Position numbers and translations under genes: made by a program
Part shown: piece by piece, positions 1 through 13,314 of the stretch
Layout of the letters: every line of letters begins with the position of its first letter
Numbering within the stretch: position 1 is the stretch's first letter
The notes under the pieces: generated by a model
The model's input: only the letters and a program-made list of their open reading frames with translations
Told to the model about the DNA's origin: nothing
Database searches by the model: none
Source: Takakia lepidozioides
Taxonomy: Eukaryota > Plantae > Bryophyta
NCBI GenBank assembly: GCA_030704615.1
Contig: CM060733.1
Coordinates: forward strand, 13,020,001 to 13,084,000
DNA: 64,000 bases
Direction of reading: 5' to 3'

Positions 1-287
1 AGGCGCAAGTTTCCTTGCCACTTGGATGGGAGTCACCTGATTTTGGCACCGCGCAAACACACGATTAATCCAATTTACCTCTCCACTTTTGTAAGCTAGC
101 ATGCATTCTACACACTAGCCAACCATACATGCATTACCATTCCAAACAAATATGAAGCACAACATTTAGAAACATTTCATTTATAAACAAAATTTGTACA
201 CACAAGTTTTTGCAATCGGATTCCTGAGCTAGCTAAGCCGGACTAAACATGCATTTCCTCCCCCACGATCCAAGATTGATGTCCCCA

Positions 288-3200
288 TCAACGCTTCTTC
301 CGCTTTTGAGGTCGCCCTTTGAAAGCTGCAACCGCCTCAGATGAGTTTCCCATTTCTGAGGCACGCACCTAAGTTGCCTCCACTTGATGATAGCCCTTCC
401 ATTTCACGAGATACTCCGTTTCTCGATTCTTGAACCTCCTCGACTTAAGCATTGCCTCCACCTCGTACTCAGGTTCATTTTCATGATCCAACAGCACAGG
501 TGGCGGACGCAATACTTAATGCCGATTCAGACGTGCTTCATCTTTGAAGTAAGGCTTCAAAAGGCAAACGTGGAATACCGGATGCACCTTGCTGTTTGTC
601 GGTAGCCCCAATTCATACACATCCTCATTCATAACCTTCCGGATGCGAAAGGGCCCCGCATACGGAGGTACGAACTTTGGACTCACTTTTGGAGGTAGTA
701 AAAAATTCTTGATGTTCAACCAAACCTCCGTGCCTGCCTCAAACTTAATTTCCCTCCGCTTCCGATTCGCCTACCGTTCATATCATTTCCTAGCTTTGGC
801 AATGTTGTACTTTGCGAGCTCCAACAAACGTTTGCGTTTTTCCAGCACCACTGCTGCTGTCGGTTCCTCAACGTCCTGGGCGGCCCAACTTGTCGGCACC
901 AGAGGTGCTTTTCCATAGACCAATACGAAAGGGGAAACTCCCGTTGCGGAGTGCTTTGTGTTATTATAACAGAACTCTGCCACATCCAAGTGCTCCACCC
1001 AGTCTGACTGGTTTGCCGACACATAATTCCGCAAGATCTGCTTCACCACGGAATTCACTCTTTCCGTTTGGCCGTCCGTTGTAGGTCGGAAGGCCGTGCT
1101 CATCTTGAGCCTCGTCCCCATTTTCTTCCAAAGTGTTCTCCAAAATTTACTTGTAAACTTTGGATCGCTGTCCGAGACAATATCCTTCGGGAGTCAATGA
1201 TGCTTGAAGACGTGGGCGAAGTAAAGTCTCTCCGTCTCCTGCGCCGTTGCCGTCTCCTTGGTGGGAATGAAATGGCCCATTTTACTGAACCTATCCACCA
1301 CCACCATGATTGCATCGAATCCTTTTGATAGCGGCAAAGCAGTCATGAAATCCATCGAGACACTTTCCCAAGACCCCTCTGGAATCGGCAAGGGTTGTAA
1401 CAGCCCCGCTTGCTTTTTGTACTCGCTTCGGTTTTGTTGGCATGTGGTGCATGTCTTGACATATTCCTCGGCCTCTTCCCTCAGTTTGGGCCAGAAATAC
1501 TCTTTCTTCAAGAGTGTCGCGGTGCACTTGGCTCCGCCGTGGTCCGCAAGCAGGCCCTCATGACATTCTCTCAAGAGACTATCTCTGATCCCTCCCTTCG
1601 GCACGTAGAGACGCTTTTGCTTGTACCGGAGTTGTCCATTGTGCAAGTCGAACTACGATTTAACCCCCAACCTCAAGTCCCGCATCGCGGACTTTGCCAT
1701 CTCATCCTTCCGGTTAGCCTTCCGGATCTTTCTTTAGAGCGACGTCTTGCCCATATACACCAACATGAGCTGCTTCTTTGTACTTAAAGCATCGGCCACC
1801 ACATTGTCCCGTTCCGGTTTGTACTAGATATCCATGTTGAACACTGCCAAAGTGTCTTGCCATCTAAGTTGTTTTGGAGACAATATAGGCTGTGTGGCAA
1901 AATACTTCACCGTGACATTGTCCGTGAACACCTTCACCGGGTTGGAACCAACATAGTGGCGCCAAAGCTCAAGGCAATGCACCACTGTCTTCATTTCTTT
2001 CTCGTGCGTAGGCCACCGTCGCTCCACTTCATTCAATTTTTTTCTTTCATAAGTCATTGGACGTCCATCCTGCATGAGCACACCCCCAATTACGAAGTCC
2101 GACGCATCTGTATGAATCTCAAATGGACGGTCGAACTCCGGGATTTTCGGGACTGGAGTTTCCGTCATCTGCTGCTTGAACTCGGCAAAAGCTTGGCCAC
2201 AAAAGGTGTTCCATACCCATACCTTGGACTTACATAGAAGGACTGACAGCGGCCCCGCGATCTTGGCGAAATTTCTCACATACTTTTGGTAATAGGAGGC
2301 GAGTCCTAGGAATGATCGCACTCCCGGAACCGAAGTCGGAGGCTCCCAGTCCAAGATCGCCCTCACATTTCTGTCATCCATTTTGATCCTATCTTGTGTA
2401 ATCACATGCCCTAGGAACTCCACTTTTGTGACCCCGAATTCACACTTTGAAGCTTTGGCATACAGCTTCCCTTTCCGCAATTTCTGGAACACCTTTTTGA
2501 GGTGTTCCAGGTGCTCTTCCTTTGTTTTCGAGTACACCAAGATGTTGTCAATGTACATGATCACAAAGTCATACAACCACTCCTGGAAAAGGCTGTTCAT
2601 TAGCGTGCTAAAGGTCGCGGGTGCGTTGGTGAGCCCAAAAGGCATCACCAAGAACTCATATGAACCATATCTTGTCCTACACGCGGTCTTCTCCTCATCT
2701 TCTTCCGCCACTCGGATTTGATGGTAACCTGAGCGCAAATCGATCCGGCTGAAATACTTTGCTCCTGCCAACCGATCAAAGAGGTTGTCGATCCTTGGCA
2801 AAGGGTACCGATTTTTGATAGTCACCTTATTCAGAGCCCTGTAATCGACACACATCCGCAGCGTCCCATCATTCTTGTCTGCGAATAGTACCGGGGCTCC
2901 GTAAGTTGACTTACTCGGCCGGATGTACCCCTTTGACATTAGATCCTTGAGCTGGGCCTTCAGCTCAACCAACTCTCTGTGGCTCAACCGGTAGGGCGCC
3001 TTGGCAGGCGGCTCCGATCCCGGTATCACCTCTATCTTATGGTCAATTCCTCTTCGCGGTGGCAAGCCGCTTGGTAAATCCTCCGGCATCACATCCTGGT
3101 ATTTCTCCAGGATCCTCTAGATCCAATTTGGGCTAGGCTCCCTATTGACTTCTCTTTCCACTTGTCTTACGTAAAGCAAAAACTGGGGCTTGTGTGGCTC

Positions 3201-4790
3201 CTCCGCGGCCCACTCCTTTGCTATTAGCAGGTTTATTCGTCCTCCCACTCGGTTGGGCGTTTTCGACACCCGTAAAACTTTGCCACCATTCCCACAGGGT
3301 AGCGTGACTATTCTCTTGCAGCCATCTATGACCGCTCCGGATTTGCTCAAAAAGGTCATTCCCAAAATGAGATCCACTCCATCGATCTCGCAAATGGTGA
3401 AGTTCTCACGTCCCTCCCAACTCCTGAGCTGAAGAGGGACATCGAACGCCAACCTTGTCACCAGTTATGGTTCTCCTTTGGCATAACACACTTCAATAGA
3501 GGCCCCCACATCACTTGTCGGGAGCCCTGGCTTCCGTGCCGTTGCCGGTGTCATGAAAGAGTGCAACGCTCATGTGTCCACCAACAACGACACGTTAGTT
3601 CCGGAAATTATACCACTCACGAACATTAATTGACTCATTTTACGCAAGGGGCTAGTCTCCTGATACAACTCACAAGAGTAGTTGCCTACCTTGCAAGTCT
3701 TGGTGACTACCACCTCCACCAAGCGGCTGATGGAATCTTTGGACAGCTCCGTGGTCGCCCGAGTCATGTTCAATTGTCGGGGTTTCACGCACTTCTTGGC
3801 CATGTGCCCGGGTTCCCCGCAATTAAAGCACACTCCATCGAAGGTCGTCTTCTGTCCGCCATAAGCCGCCGCACCTGATTTTCCTTTCGGAGCACCAAGT
3901 GCCGCTTTGACGTGTGAAGGCCCTCCCTTCGATTTCCATGTGCGGGCCTTCTTGTGGTTCAGCTCCATACGGCCTTGTTTTTTGCCCCTAGGGACATCCG
4001 AGAAACATTCAGCCCTTTCAATTGTCTCGTTCAAAGTCTTAGGTGGCTTCTTCTCCAACTTCCGCCAGGTCCATGGGGCCAGTCTCGCCACAAAGTTGAA
4101 GACCATTTCTGGTTCCACCATATCCGCGATTTCGAGCAACGGCACATTGAAAGCCTGAACATATCCCCAAATGTCATCCGTTTGCTTCAAATTCCTCATC
4201 TTGTCCCGGGCGAGCCAAGACGCGTTGATGGGCACAAACTGTCTTTTCATAAGTTCCTTGAACCCATTCCAGCTCAAGGTTTCTGGGTTTGGACCTTGGT
4301 CATGAAGGCGTTTATGCCACCATTATTGAGCATAGCCCCTCAAATAGGTGGGAGCCACTTCCACCCGATCCTCGTCACTCAACTTGACCGCCCGGAAGTA
4401 CTGCTCCAGCTCCAAGAGCTAGGTATTGAGTGTCTTTCGATTTCGGACACCCTCGAAGGTGCCGGGTTCCTTAGGCTTTACCTTAAACTTTGCCTTAGTG
4501 GAAGTGGCATTAGCCGCCCTTATACATCTTTCAACGTCCCGCCAAACTGCGCCAACAACCCTTCCCAAAAGGCTGTTGGCATGGGAGACATCTGCTGGTC
4601 TAGTGGAGCTTCTGGGAAGTCCTCGGGCTCCGGCTCCCCAAATTCCTCCCGTTCTTGAGCGGCCTCGCTTTCAAAAGCATAAATCGCCTCTTTCAATTGC
4701 CGCTTCGGTGACACGTCACCCCCACTGGGCTCACCAGGATCATATCTTTCGGCCGTTCCGCTTTCACTTTGTCTTGCCCGACCCCATGAT
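288..4790 (-). pseudogene. gag-pol polyprotein of the chromovirus, disrupted
   Basis: ORF-track fragments 3570-4277 (gag), 3117-3461 (PR region), 1824-3092 (RT/RNase H), 1194-1646 and 783-1121 (IN), 516-719 (GPF), plus a chromodomain read by hand. Split by premature stops. Confidence 0.9.
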
Positions 4791-4828
4791 GAGGCCGATC
4801 TCAAGGACGATCGCGTACTGAACTCTAA

Positions 4829-4840
4829 GCTCTGATACCA
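4829..4840 (-). promoter_or_regulatory. Primer-binding site complementary to initiator tRNA-Met
   Basis: Reverse complement reads TGGTATCAGAGC, directly after the LTR. Confidence 0.9.
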
Positions 4841-5540
4841 CTTCGGTAAACTCACCTTCACGTCATAGCTACTCGCTTTGATGTACGTCCCTAACTCCCA
4901 AACTGGCCGTCGGGCCAACTCGGAGCTTCGGCTGCTCACCGGGACATAACGGTCCCCCTTTGCTCCTCCACAAGACCCTCGCTCACTTTGGGCCTAGTGG
5001 AAATTCCCTTTGGTTGTTGGCAGTCCGGAACAACTCCCCACACCTTCGTCGCTTTCCGGCTCGCACGCTTACTCAGTAGTTTTTGCTCACCAACGGGCTT
5101 GCACCGTTCTCGGGGTTACTACTCCCTATATATACTTCTGTGACTGTCCACGGGGGTTTCACAAACAACACCGTCCTTTTATGGCGAACCACCACAAAGA
5201 CCCTTGACTCCCGGTGATGAGTCGCGGTGAGTCTTGGCCCACCCACCACGGCCCCAATGGACCGTGATGAGTCCCATCGACTCCCACCATAAGGTCTCCG
5301 CCCCATGGTGAGTCTTATGCCACCCCACTAAGACCCACTAAGCTACCACCACCCCTCGTGGAACCACCCCACCGAAACCCGGTGTGCGGGGCTCCACGTG
5401 GTGAGCGCCTCCGCCTCATTGAGTGCCTTGGGCACTCAAGGGTGCTTCAGCCCCCGTACCTGTTGTTGCCACTGCCCCCACCACAGGGGCAGCCCCTCTT
5501 GTGTCCTGACCCCCTGCCCTCAAGGCAAAGGGCCGCGACA
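4841..5540 (-). repeat. 5' LTR of the chromovirus (~700 bp)
   Basis: Begins TGTCGCGGCCC on the minus strand at 5540, abuts the PBS, and is co-linear with the solo LTR at 10773-11499. Confidence 0.9.
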
Positions 5541-6120
5541 GTTGAAGCCCACATAATATTTTCCTTTGTCATTGGGCTTTCTCTTCTGCCTTGGAGAGGT
5601 GTTCCTCGTGTGGCTCAAGAGATTGGTGGGCTGTGAGAGACAGTGGAATTATGTGGGCTTCAACACCCGCATAATTTCTCTTAGAAAGTAAACTCCTGTA
5701 AAACATGTCCATAGTGGCATGAGAGCAGACACATTGTGGGTGTTGAAATATGTCCCTCTGTCATTGGGCTTTCTCTTCTGCCTTAGTCATTGACAGGAGG
5801 GTGCTTGAAGTGCGGTCCGCTCTCCGTTGTTGGATAGGTAGGTTTGAGCTGCATGTATGGAAAGTTCACTACTAAGGATTTTATGTGGGCTTTAATGCCC
5901 ACAATGATAACTTGGGAATTCTGTGTGATGATTCACCATGATGCTCTCGAATATAGGTCATCAGCGCAGTATAATGAGTGGGGTAGAGATTACGTGGGCG
6001 TTGAAGCCCACATAATCGATGTCTTCATATTCACCTTGAACTGTGCTTTTTTTATATGCTTCCATTGCCGTCACTGTGGAAATCTCCCATATTATGTGGG
6101 CGTTAGCATCCACATATTCC
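5541..6120. repeat. Array of imperfect ~28-bp palindromes (ATTATGTGGGC-GTTGAA-GCCCACATAAT) spaced ~90-150 bp apart
   Basis: Copies near 5541 (right half only), 5647, 5733 (internally deleted), 5879, 5988 and 6091. Confidence 0.65.
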
Positions 6121-8068
6121 ACAAGTAGTCTTCATTGAGAGCACCACACAATTAGACAATTTTCTCAGGAGAGGCGCCCAACCTAGCAGCCCAATTCGAA
6201 ACTATACCAGCCTCAGACGCAAGATAAGCAGGAGCAGGGGGAGGCAATTCTGAGAATCCCATAGCTGTGAATCGAATGGTGGTGAGAGACCAACTCTGAC
6301 ACCCCCCGCAAGAACTTGCGATCGCAATGAAGGTTCGGGGCTACACTCAAGACAAGAAACTAGAATCGCAAAGGAGATGAACATGATGTTGTTACAATGG
6401 GGGACCAACACAATGCCCACAACCTATATGCTTGCAAAAAATGAAGACGAGACCAACAACAACTTGCATACATGCCAGTAGCAGACAAAGAGCGGGAGAG
6501 GAGAGAAAGCGCGGGAGACGAGTGGGACCAGCATGGTCGCGTCAAATGAACCTGCCTCACAGCCGCCACAAAGCCCCCCGTGAAAATAGGGCACAACTTT
6601 GTGCTGGACCTGTGAATTAGGGCAATCAGAACCCATATTCTAAAACTAGAAATGATGAGCAAATGGATGGTCCAGATTTCATCTAATTTGGAGTGCTCAG
6701 ATTTGCAAAAATAATAATAATAATAATTTCGGTTGAGGGCGTGGTGGGCGTTTAGGGGTTGAAAGCCATTAGAAGCCCATCCAGGCCCGGAGACTTCATT
6801 GATGCCAGGGAGTCCATCGATTGTCCCAGTTCTTGCACTGAAAATGATTTTGCCAAGGCGGTGGCAAAGGAGAATGAAGGAAGTCCTTGCCAAATTTAAA
6901 AAAAAACTGGCTTATTGGTGCTCAGCGATGTTGTCCATAGTTGGCAGGGCACTAGTCGCAAACCAGGTTCTCGTGAATTCTCTATGGTTCTTTGTTGCCG
7001 TTTGGGACCCAGACACTGCTATGGTCAAAGAGATAAAAGCCATGGTCCGTAATTTTATATGGGGAGCCAACACTACAACCCCAGTGAGAAGGGCTTTGAT
7101 CTCGTGGGATCAACCGTGTCAAAAGAAAAAGAAAGGTGGCTTGGGCCTCATTGACCCTGCCTCACAGATCAAGGCACTGTTGGCAAAGTGGATACCAAGG
7201 GCAATCAAACATAGAAACAACCCGTGGAGCAAGCTTATTCAACCATACTTGATGGGATCTACTCCTCCAACCTCCACCCTATAGGCTCATTCCTTAAAAT
7301 GGATTGTACAGGAGAAAAATGCAGGTGTGAGGCTGGGCTCTAGGCCGTGGCAATTGATTTGGAAGGCCTGGCAAGCCCTGAGATAGAACCTCACTCAATC
7401 AATGCCATCTAATAGGCAGGAATGCTTGCGGCAGCCGCTTTTCTTGAACTACAATATGGACTCAGGAACTCTGCTAAGACAGACCCCATGGTGGGCTTTC
7501 TGGGAGGGGCAGGGGTTCACCCACTTGGCGACTATCCTTTCTGATGGCCAGTTCATCCAAGAGGGAACCATTGCTGCAATGTTGGGGAGAAGAGGTGTGG
7601 AATACAATTCTGGAAAATGTTCCCCAATACATGAACCCCATCCTGGAGGAATCAGATTAGACTCCCCAACCATGGATGGCCGCATCCCAGGGCAATCGTA
7701 TGACAATCATGCTGGCCCTGTCATCTAAAGGGTCTGTGGCATCAGGTCTAGGCTTCACCCCAGATTGTGAAGGAAATCTGGCTTATCACGGGGCAGTCGA
7801 CTTGAACAAGAAAGACCTTTTCCGTGTGAGAGTTCTGGATGGTGAAGGCACCCCAACCCAATGCCACCAGGTCTGGAATGGAGGCCCAACGGTCTTACCA
7901 CAAATCTTTCTCTTGGTTTTTCACCTGCCCGCTATGGCGTTGGATGAACACAAAGAAATCTCCATTATTTGGCTGCACGGTCAAGCTGGGCTACTCCCTC
8001 ATTAACCCACCTCGTTCCTTTGTAGCTAAATGGTCCACAAAATGGGGCAACCTTTCATTTGCACAAGG

Positions 8069-11000
8069 CACTGTAGGTGCATTAAAAAAAACGCAGATTG
8101 TTTTTTGAGTGTTTTTGAGCCAGGAGAGCTGAATTGTACACAGACAGTGAAGAACAAGGACCATTTGTATCAGAAATGGCGAAACATCGACACAGCTGCT
8201 GATATGGCCCACAAATGGAAGATGTCTGTGACGTCCATGAAGCCAAAGCGCTCAGGAGTTTATATGACTAGGGTACCTACATGGAGCAGCAGGGCGTGCG
8301 ATTCCAGCCGTCCGTTCGAACATCTAGGGGCCGATTAAACGACTGCTCAGCGGTCTGTCTATTCCTCACCTCAACATCCGATCGCCATTCAAGCATAGGC
8401 AAGTTAGAAAAGCTTGACCTCAATGACAAACTACCCACTGGGTTATTCTTTCAACGACACGGTTGATAACGGTCTCGCAATATGCCAGGTAGAAATTTTC
8501 ACGTTGCTTCAATGCAGTTCATGAGGATGCTGGAGGCGTGGAGCACACATGCTTATCATCCGATTTCATTTCCATGCTCGGATAAGTCGGTGATAGGGAT
8601 CAAGCATGGATTCCCCTATGTTTTAGTTCATTTATGTAAAACAAACACTACAGTGCGGCAAGTAGCAGACCGCCGGCAGTGATATCTTTTTCCCAGGAGG
8701 GCATTTCCACTTTTTGATGTGAATTCAATTCAAGAAGCTTCCAAGGAGTCTTGGTCTCCTACAAAAAATCCTAAAGAGGTTTTATCCAGCGGTAGTGGCC
8801 GACTGGGTTTTTGCTATGCGACGTACTTTCAGCGAACATGACGAAGCCGGAATCGAGCACTGTTTGGGGAGGGATTTTTTTGCGTGTCGTTAAAAGGGAG
8901 ACAAGATGATGTGGAAGGAGTTTCAGCCCCAAGTGTTGATCCGTTCCCAACCAAAAAATTATGCTACACGTTGAAACATAGTTTCACGTGCAAATGTGCT
9001 TGTTTTTAATGGTTGATAGTTGGACCACATGGACCGGAAGATTGGTGGGTGTTTCAAGCATATTGCAAGGGAGTTTTTGGCCAAGTTTCAAGATTTTTGG
9101 AGGAAGTTAGAAACAATTCACTATTTTTGAGGTTTTCGGGCGACCGTGGCCAAGAGAAATTCATTTTGATGGGATTTTTGGGTCCACAAGAATTAGCGCT
9201 GCCCCCAACCAGCTGGTTCGATGATTTGTGCCACCTAACAACCAAAAAGTGAATGATTGACTATTCCATCCAAGGATTTAGGATGTCATCCATTTTATTT
9301 TTATAATATTTCTAGTATAAGTAGGTTAGGATATGAGCTTGCTCATGACTTCACTTGTGTTTTTCTGCTTGTAGTTGCTTGTTAGTGAGTTGCTTAGAGA
9401 GCTAACTTGAAGCTTGTTTAGCTTTTGCATCTTGCTTGTGAAGTTCCTAGATTGCTTGTTGGCTTAAAGCTTAGCCTAGTTGTTTTAGGCAAGCTTGGAG
9501 GAAGCATCTAGAGTGCTAGGGAGACTAGGGAGATCCTAGGACCTAGTGTGTAAAGGCCAAGAGCCATTTTATGTGGAAAAGGAGAGAGACTTCCCCAAAA
9601 AGCAAGTGTGTTTCATTTGAGAGTGTGGTGAGCCTTTTGGGAGTGTGAAGAGGAGGTAGGAGCAACAAACCCCATTGGAGAGGTGAGCACTACCCCTTCC
9701 CCCCGAGTGTGATTTCATTAAGTTTAGAGCCCCATAGCTCATATAAGCTTGGGGGGGCTTAGTGTTGAAGGAACTAGTATGTTTTCTTTTGGTTTTGTTT
9801 GACTAACCCCAAGGGTTAGTGAAACCCAGAATGGTTGGCATGCTATGGGGATGGGCTGGGATTCTTTTCAGGGCACGATGGGCTTAAAAGTAGGCCATGA
9901 TGATGGTTTTATTGCTTAAGCCAATAGCCAAGGTGGCTATTGCATGGTATTAAGCACGAACCACGAGACAAGGGGAGAGAAGGTGTTGACTGACGTCCAC
10001 GGCTGTCGGCCTGCGCGGCAGGCCCGAGCAGTGGGGGGAGGCGTTCAAATCCCGGTTGGACCCTGTGGCTAAAGCTTATACCAGCCGGATAGACTGGGAC
10101 CCGCGTTAGCACCAATGGCACCGCGCCACGCAGCGGGTGGCAGGCCCCGCGACCGCCGGATAAAGACATCTCTTATTACCCATCGGTCCCTCATATAGAG
10201 GGGGTGACCATTTAATTCTCTTGAGGGAGGTTAATGTAGCTTGAAGCTTATGGATGGTGCATTAGGGGTAGTTTTTGGTGGCTAGTCTTGAATTCGAAGG
10301 GGCTGCCAAGGTCACCTTGGTACCGTCGTTTAGAGTCATAAGAGATGGCTTAGAGCCATGATGGCTTTGCGGGGTAACACGAACACCTCGGCAGGGATGA
10401 GAGGAGAGAAGGTCCACAGAAAACGTACCAAGTCTTTTTGGGGTTTCGAACGAGAGAGACGACCAGATCCTTGACACCTGGCTTGGGTAGGGATTTTTGT
10501 GGATGACCATTGGATGGAGGATGCAATTTTTTCATCCACAGGGTGGATGAAGTAGGGATGATTAGTGGATGAAATTAGGATAAAAATTTGCAGTTTTTCA
10601 TCCATTATAGGGATGAATAGTGGATGACCAAGGGATGAAAAAGCAGTTTTCATCCGCTGGATGAAAAATCAGTCTAGCTCTAGGGGGGTTTGTACCTAGG
10701 TCCTAGAGGCTATGGGCTATGTATTAAGGGCTTAGGGGGTTGTTTGGACCTATAGGACCATTACCCTATGGTTGCCGCGCCCCCTTGCCTTGAGAGCAGG
10801 GGGGTCGGGACACATGAGGGGCTGCCCCTGTGGTGGGGGCAGCGGCAGCGATAGGTATGGGGGGCTGAAGCACCCTTGAGTGCCCAAGGCACTCAAGGAG
10901 GCGGAGGCGCTCACTAGGTGGAGCCCCGCACACCGGGTTGCGGTGGGGGTGGCTCCACAAGGGGTGGTGGTAGCTTAGCGGGACTTAGTGGGGGTGGCAT

Positions 11001-12329
11001 AGGACTCACCATGGGGGCGGAGACCTCGTGGTGGGAGTCGTGGGGAGTCTTGGGACTCATCACGGTCCATAGGGGCCGTGGTGAGTGGGCCAAGACTCAC
11101 CGCGACTCATCACCGGGAGTCGAGGGTTTTCGTGGTGGTTCGCCATAAAATGGCATGGCTGGTTGTGAAACCCCCGCGGACAGCTATAGAAGTATATATA
11201 GGGAGTAGTAACCCCGAGAACGGTGCAAGCCCGTTGGTGACCAAAAACTAGTGAGTAAGCGAGCGAGCCGGAAAGCGACCAAAGAGTGGGGAGCTGTTCC
11301 GGACTACCATCTACCAAAGGGAATTCCACTAGGCCCAAATAGGTGGAGGGTTTAGTGGGGGAGCGAAGGGGGACCGTTATGTCCCGGTGAGCAGCCGAAG
11401 CTCCAAGTTGGCCCGGCGGCCAGGTTGGGAGTCAGGCGCGCGCATCAAAGCGAGTAACTATGACTTGAAGGGGAGTTTACCGAAGTGAGGTGCGCGACAA
11501 TGGTTCCCTTACCATGATAGTGGTTTTTGGGCAACATTGAAGGGTTAATGTATTATTTAGGGGCTGAGCCAGATACCATTGGGGAGCTTACACCAAGACC
11601 CACCTAATGCTTATTTTTCCAGAATTAGTGATTGTTTTAGGCTGGGAAATTAGTTTAAATTTAGTTTTCTGCTTAGAAAATCGCCAAAAATTAGGAATAG
11701 AAATAATTAAATCTAGGATTTTTATTTCTAGTTCATAGTTAGGAGAGCTTACTAGGATAGCATGTTCCCATTTTCTTTGTTATTTTTAGGAAAATAGCCA
11801 TGAGCCTTAGAAATTAACAGGGAAATTGGGATAGTATCCAGGAATTAAAGTTTTCTTCCGCTAGGCGAGGGTATGCTCTCCCCTCCGGATAGCGGAACAA
11901 AGGTGTCTCATTTGCACGCACGTGCGATCTGGGGAAGAGTGAATGTGAAGTCCGACCTAAGCGGATTGCTCTTAACGTTTTGCAGAGTCTTCAGGAAGAA
12001 GTCACTCCATGCGAGGAGGACCTTCCGAGGAGACCGTATAACTCCGGGATGAAGCCATGTTAATGCTAATAAAGAAGTTTTGGAAGGCAATTAGATAGGA
12101 GTAGATTCCGTAGGTGACACAAACGAATTTTGCCCCGCAAGCATATGAGTTGGACCCTGTGCTGGCTGGTAGTCTAGATTAGCGTTCCCTCCATTGACCG
12201 CGGACCCTCCGCCAAGCTTAGCGACACATCTCACGGGTGGGCGGTTCTTGAGCCCAACCCATCTCATTGACGTCGCTTCCTCCCCTTCGCGATTGCGCGC
12301 GCGGCGAGGCTCGTCATGCACCTGCGATA
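8069..12329. mobile_element. ~4.3-kb non-coding insertion splitting the L1 (TIR element or large solo LTR)
   Basis: L1 coding similarity stops at ~8068 and resumes at ~12330. Ends are imperfect inverted repeats (CACTGTAGGTGCATTA ... TCATGCACCTGCGATA) flanked by GG/GG. No convincing ORF. Confidence 0.55.
10773..11499 (+). repeat. Solo LTR of the chromovirus family with 5-bp TSD ATGGT
   Basis: Termini TGCCGCGC...GCGCGACA. ATGGT at 10768-10772 and 11500-11504. Matches the reverse complement of 4841-5540. Confidence 0.92.
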
Positions 12330-13314
12330 GGATCTGGAAAGACACATAGAGGAAAGATCGTGCTTCAAAAGTGTCAGGCTTTCTCTGGAACTTGCTCACA
12401 GAATTCTCCCTGTGAGATCAAAAACTCATGAGGACCAGCCAACCTGCCCTATGTGTCATGCAGAACCAGAGTATATTGAGCATTGTTTAACGTCATGCAT
12501 AATGGCTAGAAGCATATGGAGAGTTGTGGTGGGGTTTTACACTCACTGGGTCTCCTTCCCCCAACCAGTATGCACGTCTCTATTGCTTCTAAACTTTCAA
12601 CCAAACCATTCCCAAATTGACTGTCATGTCTGGGCCTCACCTAGAGCCCTTACTTTGTGGAATATTTGGAAGGCCAGATGCAAATGGGTCTATGAGGGTA
12701 AGTCCCCCAGAGGCAGATCCGTGTTGTTTTATGCATATGAGGATCTGCTTCCTGAGGGGAGAAAGGTTTGGGATTCTGTCTGTGCAGCTATTCCCAAAAC
12801 TTCAAAACAACGCTGTTTCAGGATTTCGAACAGTCCTGGGGAAAAAGCGGCGTGCTCGGCTCCTGTCTTCCCAACATGCATGTTAAATGGCAAGACACAG
12901 TCCCCCCTCAATGGGAAGTCGGGGAGGAGGCGGAATTCAATTGGAGGCACAAGAGAGCTCGGGACACTAAGCTTAGAACTCAACTGAGGTTTTGATACCT
13001 GGACCTTCAGTCGATCGTCTCCCAGCTGCTGCTACCAACGTCACTGCTCCAATTTCCTATCACGATCGTCTTCTTACTTCGGCACTATGCAGTTCCCCTG
13101 CTATCTCTTTGTGTTTCTCTTTGCTTACTTCAGTGCAGCTCAGATCAGCTAGATAAAACTCTCAACATATTGATATCAGCTGCCCTTTCATCACCCTCTT
13201 TGAACCACTACCTCCTCTTCAGTTACATCTCTTAACTATTCAATTCCACATTACTCCAATTCTCACCTTGGTTACCATATGTTTAGCATGTTGCTAGGGT
13301 TTCGGGGAAGTTAC

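Larger units (their letters stand above)
1..5540 (-). mobile_element. Ty3/gypsy chromovirus LTR retrotransposon, degenerate; 3' LTR not in window
   Basis: Minus-strand order: 5' LTR, PBS, gag with CCHC knuckle (CFNCGEPGHMAKKC), protease (LLVDT), RT ([28 protein letters not shown]), RNase H (TDASD), integrase (H..H..CTTC, SMDF, GQTER), GPF motif, chromodomain (EYEVEAMLKSRRFKNRETEYLVKWKGY, ~290-470). Several stops and frameshifts. Confidence 0.95.

Noticed and set aside
250-270. PPT followed by the 3' LTR start (GTGGGGGAGGAAA then TGCATG on the minus strand)
   Set aside because: The sequence after the purine tract does not match the 5' LTR (TGTCGCGG..), so the 3' LTR is not called inside the window.
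5541-6120. CRISPR array
   Set aside because: Repeats are in mixed orientation, spacers are long and partly duplicated, there are no cas genes, and the context is eukaryotic TE sequence.
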